A stretch of DNA of 64,000 nucleotides from a virus, in IMG/VR virus record IMGVR_UViG_3300021364_003460, positions 64,001 through 128,000 of that record, one strand, 5' to 3'. Every line of letters starts with the position of its first letter. The stretch's first letter is position 1. Shown one piece after another: positions 58,431-64,000 of this stretch. Below the pieces are notes generated by a model. That model made no database searches, was not told the origin of the DNA, and saw nothing but the letters and a program-made list of their open reading frames with translations. Position numbers and translations under genes: made by a program.

Positions 58431-58811
58431 ATGGCAAAGTTGCAGGTATATAATTCTCCTACAGACTTTTATGAATATGATTTAGAAGATAAATCTATAG
58501 TAACAGTAGGTAGGTCTTCTAACACTAATATAATTATACAAAGTAATTATGTTAGTAGAAGTCACTGTTCTTTTATCTTATTAGAGAAAGAAGAAGTGGC
58601 AGATAAGTTTTATTGGGTAATTAAAGATAATAGTAGCAGTAACGGTACTTGGGTTAACAATAACAAAGTAATAGTTTGCACTTTAAACAATGCAGATACT
58701 ATTACTTTTATGGGTAACTCCACATTTCCTAAAATAGTCTATATAGTTGAAGCTGAATTAGACACAGAAAGTAAAGAAACAGGAGCTTATGAGTATGCTG
58801 AGGCGTGGTAA
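58431..58811 (+). CDS. FHA domain protein
   Basis: VGRSS, VSRSHC, D..SSNGTWVN; GAGGAG RBS. Confidence 0.9.
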   Translation: MAKLQVYNSPTDFYEYDLEDKSIVTVGRSSNTNIIIQSNYVSRSHCSFILLEKEEVADKFYWVIKDNSSSNGTWVNNNKVIVCTLNNADTITFMGNSTFPKIVYIVEAELDTESKETGAYEYAEAW

Positions 58812-59361
58812 CTTAATTCTATTGTGGGGATTAGTAGCCAGCATCTCAGGTTACTTTGTCCTCAACTTTCTTATTAAAAGTGTCAGTGATAGGATAGCTT
58901 TAATATCTTTTATCTTTAGTTTAGGGGCTACTATCTATGGGCTAATAGAACAAAGGAAAACAGATAACTTTAAAACTCTAAAAGAAACTAAAGATTCTAT
59001 CTTATTAGAAGTAGATGACTTAAAACAGTATACTTTAAATCAGGTTAAAGAAATAAAACATGAATCTGAAAAGAATGATACTAGACATGACAACGCTATT
59101 ATTCTGTTAACTCAACAAATAAACGCTCTTAAGATAAGGTTTGAACATCATATAGAAGAAGCTGGTCACTTATATACTACTAAGGAGTTACTTAAGTTAA
59201 AAGAACAAATAGAGTATATTAAAGCTATAGTTAATGTTCAGACTAAGTACGCTGATGTACATTTAAAATTACTTAAATTAGAGAAAATGCTTAGGGTGAC
59301 TAAAGATTATAGAAAGGTAGATTCAGAAAAGTTAAGTAAAGAAATTCACGATACTCCTTAA
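58789..59361 (+). CDS. two-TM + coiled-coil membrane protein
   Basis: two N-terminal hydrophobic segments then heptad-rich region. Confidence 0.55.
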   Translation: MSMLRRGNLILLWGLVASISGYFVLNFLIKSVSDRIALISFIFSLGATIYGLIEQRKTDNFKTLKETKDSILLEVDDLKQYTLNQVKEIKHESEKNDTRHDNAIILLTQQINALKIRFEHHIEEAGHLYTTKELLKLKEQIEYIKAIVNVQTKYADVHLKLLKLEKMLRVTKDYRKVDSEKLSKEIHDTP

Positions 59362-59362
59362 T

Positions 59363-59584
59363 ATGGTTAAAACTGCTGAACAAAGACACCACAATCAAAG
59401 ACTATTAAATAAGTATAGTAAGCTAGTTAGTAAAAGAAGAAAAGAATGGTTGACTTTAGGTAGAGTGTTCAAGCAAGACCCTTTTGATTGTGGTAATCCT
59501 AAGTGTGTAGTTTGTGGTAAAAATACTAAAGGTAAGAATAAAACTAAAGAGAAGTATAAGTTAGATAGTTACTATTATGAGTAG
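59363..59584 (+). CDS. small basic Cys-containing phage protein
   Basis: DCGNPKCVVCG. Confidence 0.55.
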   Translation: MVKTAEQRHHNQRLLNKYSKLVSKRRKEWLTLGRVFKQDPFDCGNPKCVVCGKNTKGKNKTKEKYKLDSYYYE

Positions 59585-59843
59585 AACTTACAGACATAGA
59601 GAGCTAAATAAGTTTATAACTAATAGTTACAATACTAGAAGATACCATTACTTAAGAAGACCTAAAACTAAAAATGAGATTACTCAATTACAAAAAGCTG
59701 TAGATGAGATAACAGAAGAGGGATTTAGTGTAAACAATAGAACCCTTGCTAGAAGTAATCCTGGTAGTAGTTTAATAGTAAATGCCTGGGATGATATAGT
59801 TATAGCTGCTTTGAGTGAAGTTGATTTTGTAAAAGAAAATTAA
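59577..59843 (+). CDS. hypothetical protein
   Basis: 88-aa ORF beginning MSRTYR. Confidence 0.55.
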   Translation: MSRTYRHRELNKFITNSYNTRRYHYLRRPKTKNEITQLQKAVDEITEEGFSVNNRTLARSNPGSSLIVNAWDDIVIAALSEVDFVKEN

Positions 59844-59844
59844 T

Positions 59845-60114
59845 ATGTGGCAACCCGTAGAAACAGCTCCTAAAGATGGTACTAAAATTTTAGCTTGCTA
59901 TGTTACAGAGAATTCAGAGTACAACCCTATTACAGTAAAATGGAGATGCTATCATCCTAATGCTAAAGGAAAAGAATGTTGGAGAGATTCAATGAGTGAC
60001 AAAGTAATAGTAACTCATTGGATGCCTTTACCTAAACCCCCCTATACTTTTTTCTCCATTTTTATAAAACTCCTAAAAGCCTTATTACATAAAGGTTTCA
60101 GGGGTTTTATATAG
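59845..60114 (+). CDS. DUF551-like protein
   Basis: WQPVETAPKDGT.IL...VTHWMPLPKPP. Confidence 0.8.
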   Translation: MWQPVETAPKDGTKILACYVTENSEYNPITVKWRCYHPNAKGKECWRDSMSDKVIVTHWMPLPKPPYTFFSIFIKLLKALLHKGFRGFI

Positions 60115-60140
60115 CTATTGGTGCGGTAATAATAGCACCC
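60064..60140. terminator. tandem hairpins between convergent genes
   Basis: ATAAAACTCCT...AGGGGTTTTAT (60064-60110) and GGTGC...GCACC. Confidence 0.35.
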
Positions 60141-60158
60141 TAACTAACTTCCTTATAA

Positions 60159-61712
60159 TTATCTATATTCCTCTTTCTCTAGTAGAAATCCTCTCTCTTC
60201 TATCTCTATCCAGTTAACTAGTCTTTGATAACTCTTACTTTCTGAATCTTTACTCTCTATAGTTAATCCATCATAGCTGTAGGTTACTATATTCTCTTTT
60301 ATTACTTCTGCTATTAATCTTTGGATTATAGATTGTTCTCTACCTTGGCAATAGAAAGCTAATAATCTGGAAGCTACTTTAACTTTATCAAATCTACCTT
60401 CTGAACCTAACTCAACTTTGTAGTTATTTAATTCAGTTTTAAGATTAAACTTTAAACCTAATGAGTTAGTGTGAATTAGCTTAGTAGCTTTAGGCTTCTC
60501 TATTAAATCTGCTGTGTACTGATTTAACCATCCATCTCTTAAATTAAGTAAAGGTTTAAGAATACCTGTAAAACATTCCTCTACTTTAGTTTTATTAACA
60601 GCATACTCAATATTGTATTTAACTTTAGCTCTTCTACTTGCAAGGTAAGGTAGCTCTGATAACTTGGCTCCAAAACAAAATCCATAGACTATTATTTTCT
60701 TGATGTCTTTTGGTAAATCTTTAGACCCAATGTGTCCCCAAATACTATCAGTTCTTATAATGTGAGCTATCTGTTCCTTGACAACCTCAGCTCCTAATAT
60801 GTCACAGAGAACTAATAACTGGGCACACTTCAAGTCTACCTCTAAGCAGTAATTATTAGGGTCAGTAGCCTTTATAAAATATTTTCTGAATTTAGTAACC
60901 AAAGCCATTGGTCCACCTCTAGTATGCAATCTACCTGGCTTCTGAAGAAAGTAAGAGTCATGGTATTGAGGTTGATTAGTCAAAGCCATCTCATTCATAG
61001 CAAACATTAGAGATAACCTTTGGTACTTATTTAAGTTTAGATTTCTAATAAATTCCTTACCTTTAAGAGAATTAAAGAGGTCTAAATCAAATCTAAACTT
61101 AGAGTTTCTTAACTTCTGCCAAGCATCTCTAGTACATGAAGGTAAATCAGATAGTTTAATATCAGGACCGCCCCATTTAGCAGGCTTAACTCCTACATTC
61201 TTACTACTCCTCAAGAAGTCAGGAGATACTTCTTTGTACTCTAAAATATCAGACACATAATTATCTACTTTTTCCTGGAGTTCATCTATCACTTTAAACC
61301 TCCTACAGTATTCTTTGTTGTAGCCTGTATATGCAACTATACTAGATAAAGGTTCAATAGTATTTTTAGTAACAGTTCCCATATATTTTTGTAAGTTGCG
61401 GTTAGAATATTCTGCTGCTTTAAAAGGAGTCATTAAAGTAAATAGAAGTTGTACAGGTATCTGAAAATAGTCTGAAGGCTCTAGTTGTTGCTCTTTATTC
61501 TTCTTTAGCTTTAGTAATTGAACTAAGTAGGTTATTTGTTCATCTGATAACTTTATACCTATCATTTCATGGGCTACTTCAGCAACTATATAAGATGTAA
61601 ATTTAGAAGCAATATTGCTTTGATAATCTGCTATCTTTTTGATATAATTATTCATATAAGAAATATTCTGTTTTTTATTTAGTTGTAAGAAGAGAGTTGT
61701 TGTCAGAGGCAT
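60159..61712 (-). CDS. divergent family A DNA/RNA polymerase-fold protein, no exonuclease domain
   Basis: PGRLHT, motif A-like EVDLKCAQL, motif B-like KKIIVYGFCFG, motif C-like YSYDGL; GAGAG RBS. Confidence 0.65.
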   Translation of the reverse strand: MPLTTTLFLQLNKKQNISYMNNYIKKIADYQSNIASKFTSYIVAEVAHEMIGIKLSDEQITYLVQLLKLKKNKEQQLEPSDYFQIPVQLLFTLMTPFKAAEYSNRNLQKYMGTVTKNTIEPLSSIVAYTGYNKEYCRRFKVIDELQEKVDNYVSDILEYKEVSPDFLRSSKNVGVKPAKWGGPDIKLSDLPSCTRDAWQKLRNSKFRFDLDLFNSLKGKEFIRNLNLNKYQRLSLMFAMNEMALTNQPQYHDSYFLQKPGRLHTRGGPMALVTKFRKYFIKATDPNNYCLEVDLKCAQLLVLCDILGAEVVKEQIAHIIRTDSIWGHIGSKDLPKDIKKIIVYGFCFGAKLSELPYLASRRAKVKYNIEYAVNKTKVEECFTGILKPLLNLRDGWLNQYTADLIEKPKATKLIHTNSLGLKFNLKTELNNYKVELGSEGRFDKVKVASRLLAFYCQGREQSIIQRLIAEVIKENIVTYSYDGLTIESKDSESKSYQRLVNWIEIEERGFLLEKEEYR

Positions 61713-61853
61713 CTCTCTTTTTAGTTTTATATAATAAGATTATACTATAAGAGTAAGTAAACTTAGTAAAGATAGATATGTATGACAACTGTATATGTAG
61801 TAACTTCTAGTGAATATAATGCTGGCTTTTAGAAAAGAGTAAGTAGATAAATT

Positions 61854-61994
61854 ATGAATGTAGAAAAACTAAAACAACATTTTAAAAACAAGAAAAATGT
61901 TAGGTTTCATGAGCACTCAGATAGGTTACTAGTTTGTTATATAACAGAGAAAGATAACACTTCAGTAGCTATAGGTTTAACTTTTTATAGGTAA
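61854..61994 (+). CDS. 46-aa hypothetical protein, below track cutoff
   Basis: MNVEKLKQHF...GLTFYR*. Confidence 0.4.
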   Translation: MNVEKLKQHFKNKKNVRFHEHSDRLLVCYITEKDNTSVAIGLTFYR

Positions 61995-61998
61995 AAGT

Positions 61999-62631
61999 AT
62001 GACAGTAACAATTAAAGATAGCAATAATCAAGTAATAGGTACTGCTGACAGTATTAAAATTACAACAGAAAGTATTGTAGAGACTTATCAACCTGCTGAT
62101 GTAGTTAGAGATAAAGAGGGTAATTATGTCAGCAGTAAACCTATAGGTAATCCAATTTCTTTTAATGGAGAATTACTTATAAAATTCAGGTTAATTAATA
62201 CTTCTTTTATTGGAAGTAAAAATGAGGAATATAATATCCAAGCTCCTAAAGGCTTTTTTGATAGTACAGAAGAAAGCTTAATTCTTGCTAATCTTAAAAA
62301 GTGTAGATTTACTCATAGTCAAGAAGGTGTTGCACAGGGTATTTTCTTTACTAATCCTAATAGTATTATAGGAGTAATGGAATACTATTTTCCTAAACTA
62401 TATATTCATAGAAACTTTTCTGATAAAGTAATTGGGGGTTTTACTGAATCAGATTTTGATAGCCCTAGTATAGAAGTTAATAAGTTTACAGAAGTATACA
62501 AATCTTTGTTACATTTAGGAGACTCTGATAGTATTTATCTTTATGAATCAACAGATTTACATGAGTTAATGCAAATTACTAAACAAAAGTTAAATAAGTT
62601 ATTTGTAAGTTGGTTGCATAAAATAAATTAA
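61999..62631 (+). CDS. hypothetical protein
   Basis: 210-aa ORF. Confidence 0.6.
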   Translation: MTVTIKDSNNQVIGTADSIKITTESIVETYQPADVVRDKEGNYVSSKPIGNPISFNGELLIKFRLINTSFIGSKNEEYNIQAPKGFFDSTEESLILANLKKCRFTHSQEGVAQGIFFTNPNSIIGVMEYYFPKLYIHRNFSDKVIGGFTESDFDSPSIEVNKFTEVYKSLLHLGDSDSIYLYESTDLHELMQITKQKLNKLFVSWLHKIN

Positions 62632-62632
62632 T

Positions 62633-63139
62633 ATGGTAGAACTTAAAGACAGAAATAACAATGTTGTTGCTATATATGAAGCAGTCACTTTAAAGATAGC
62701 AGAATGTATTCCTCCTCAAAAAGCTATTCTTCTTGATACAAAGACTTATATAACTTTTAAATTACACAACTTAATTCAAAAAAGAGGATTGCCCATAGAT
62801 CCCTATGAAGGGTTTTCTATTGAGTATAAATACTCTTCAGAGTATATAATTAGGTTAATTGGCTGTAGATTCAATCAAAATAGCACCAATGAAGGAACTA
62901 CCCTTTATAAAGAAACTATAGATTTAAGTAAATATCCTAAAGAGCTCAAACCTGTATTAGCTGAGATCCACTCCCAAGGTTCACTAGGTCTATCTAAATG
63001 GTATGAAGTAGTCTACTTTGATTCAGACATTAGATACTGTTGGTGTAGCTATGCTGGTAGTGATACCTTTAAGAAAGGTGAGCAAGTGGTAGCCTGGGAG
63101 TATGTTGACAATATTGAGTTAAGTAATAAAGTAAACTAA
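62633..63139 (+). CDS. hypothetical protein
   Basis: 168-aa ORF. Confidence 0.6.
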   Translation: MVELKDRNNNVVAIYEAVTLKIAECIPPQKAILLDTKTYITFKLHNLIQKRGLPIDPYEGFSIEYKYSSEYIIRLIGCRFNQNSTNEGTTLYKETIDLSKYPKELKPVLAEIHSQGSLGLSKWYEVVYFDSDIRYCWCSYAGSDTFKKGEQVVAWEYVDNIELSNKVN

Positions 63140-63180
63140 TGTAGGCGATCGCTAACAATCAATAAAATAAAGGAGGTTAC

Positions 63181-63672
63181 ATGACTAAACCCATTATTGG
63201 AGAAATTTACATATATAAAGATGAAGAGTATACTTACACAGAAGAATGTGATAAGTTACAGAAAACCCCTTATTCTGAACTATATGTAGAAAGAGATGAA
63301 CAGATAACTACAATACCTAATGGTAGCTATAAAAAGAAAACTGAAGTTGACTTATATAATGAACTGTTTAAGTTAACTAACTATTATTGGTATGTTGAAC
63401 CTATTACAGTTAAGACTAAAAATAATAGAAACGTTACCAGAGGTTATAGATTTAGTAGAACTTTAAATCTAGTTAACTTAGAAGGCTTCTATTGTTTAGA
63501 AGATAGTAAATGGGAATCTAAATATAAGTTAACTATTAGGTATAAAGATACTGAAGAAAGAGGATATATCTTAGAAAGTGTTAAGTCAGATAACTCTCTT
63601 GAAGAAGTTATAAATCAAACAAAAGAATACTTAGTTAACTTATACAAAGCAGACTTAAAGGAGCTTGCATGA
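63181..63672 (+). CDS. hypothetical protein
   Basis: 163-aa ORF, AAGGAGG RBS. Confidence 0.65.
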   Translation: MTKPIIGEIYIYKDEEYTYTEECDKLQKTPYSELYVERDEQITTIPNGSYKKKTEVDLYNELFKLTNYYWYVEPITVKTKNNRNVTRGYRFSRTLNLVNLEGFYCLEDSKWESKYKLTIRYKDTEERGYILESVKSDNSLEEVINQTKEYLVNLYKADLKELA

Positions 63673-63884
63673 ATTACACTAAAGAGTTTGAAGACTGGTG
63701 GACATATACCTACAAAGGAAAGTTAAACCCTACTCCTAGTTTAGAAGAAGCCTTTAAAGAGGTAGCTTATGCAGCTTGGCAACATCAGCAAACTGAAATA
63801 CAAGAAGCTAGAAATATAGCTGAAAAAGTTAGAGATGAATTAAATGAAGAAGTATCAAAATATTACAAGTTTAGTTGGGAGTAA
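63669..63884 (+). CDS. hypothetical protein
   Basis: 71-aa ORF; FEDWW...AWQ pattern. Confidence 0.55.
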   Translation: MNYTKEFEDWWTYTYKGKLNPTPSLEEAFKEVAYAAWQHQQTEIQEARNIAEKVRDELNEEVSKYYKFSWE

Positions 63885-63890
63885 TTAAAC

Positions 63891-64000
63891 ATGACTATAC
63901 AAAAAGGTAGCCCTCTCTACATAGCTCAAAGACAGTATAGAAAAGGGCTAAAAGAAGCAAAAAGAATTATTGAACTAGAGTTATCTCAGTTTGATGAAAA
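63891..64000 (+). CDS. hypothetical protein, truncated by the window end
   Basis: ATG at 63891, frame open to the edge. Confidence 0.4.
   Translation, partial: MTIQKGSPLYIAQRQYRKGLKEAKRIIELELSQFDE

Noticed and set aside
60064-60110. CRISPR leader-like or cyanobacterial dispersed-repeat palindrome
   Set aside because: Single copy, no array follows, and a terminator between convergent genes explains it
61782-61832. Gene start MTTVYVVTSSEYNAGF*
   Set aside because: Only 16 codons with no convincing continuation; too short to support a pseudogene call

Overview
AT-rich (about 30% GC by eye), densely coding segment of a large tailed dsDNA phage. The host is probably a cyanobacterium (two HIP1 octamers, XisF-like serine recombinase, FHA protein; inference). 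1-34 kb (+ strand) is a replication and nucleotide-metabolism block: family A DNA polymerase in two pieces split by an antisense LAGLIDADG endonuclease, dNMP kinase, CYTH, HD hydrolase, ThyA, DHFR, beta clamp, UDG-like protein, DnaX clamp loader interrupted by a group I intron, SSB-like protein, two helicases, primase, RuvC, PD-(D/E)XK exonuclease and RNA ligase. 34-53.5 kb (- strand) is a virion/packaging block with a 2796-aa nuclease-tipped membrane-rich protein and TerL. 53.5-64 kb is accessory: large serine recombinase with a candidate attP, DUF932, FHA and a second divergent PolA-fold protein. Unusual signals: a 56-nt tRNA mimic lacking the anticodon arm, eight proteins ending in Ala-Ala (ssrA-like degron), hairpins occluding start codons of toxic/late genes, and seven small genes broken by single stops or frameshifts. 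No CRISPR array, rRNA or canonical tRNA was seen. All product calls come from motif recognition; no database search was run.
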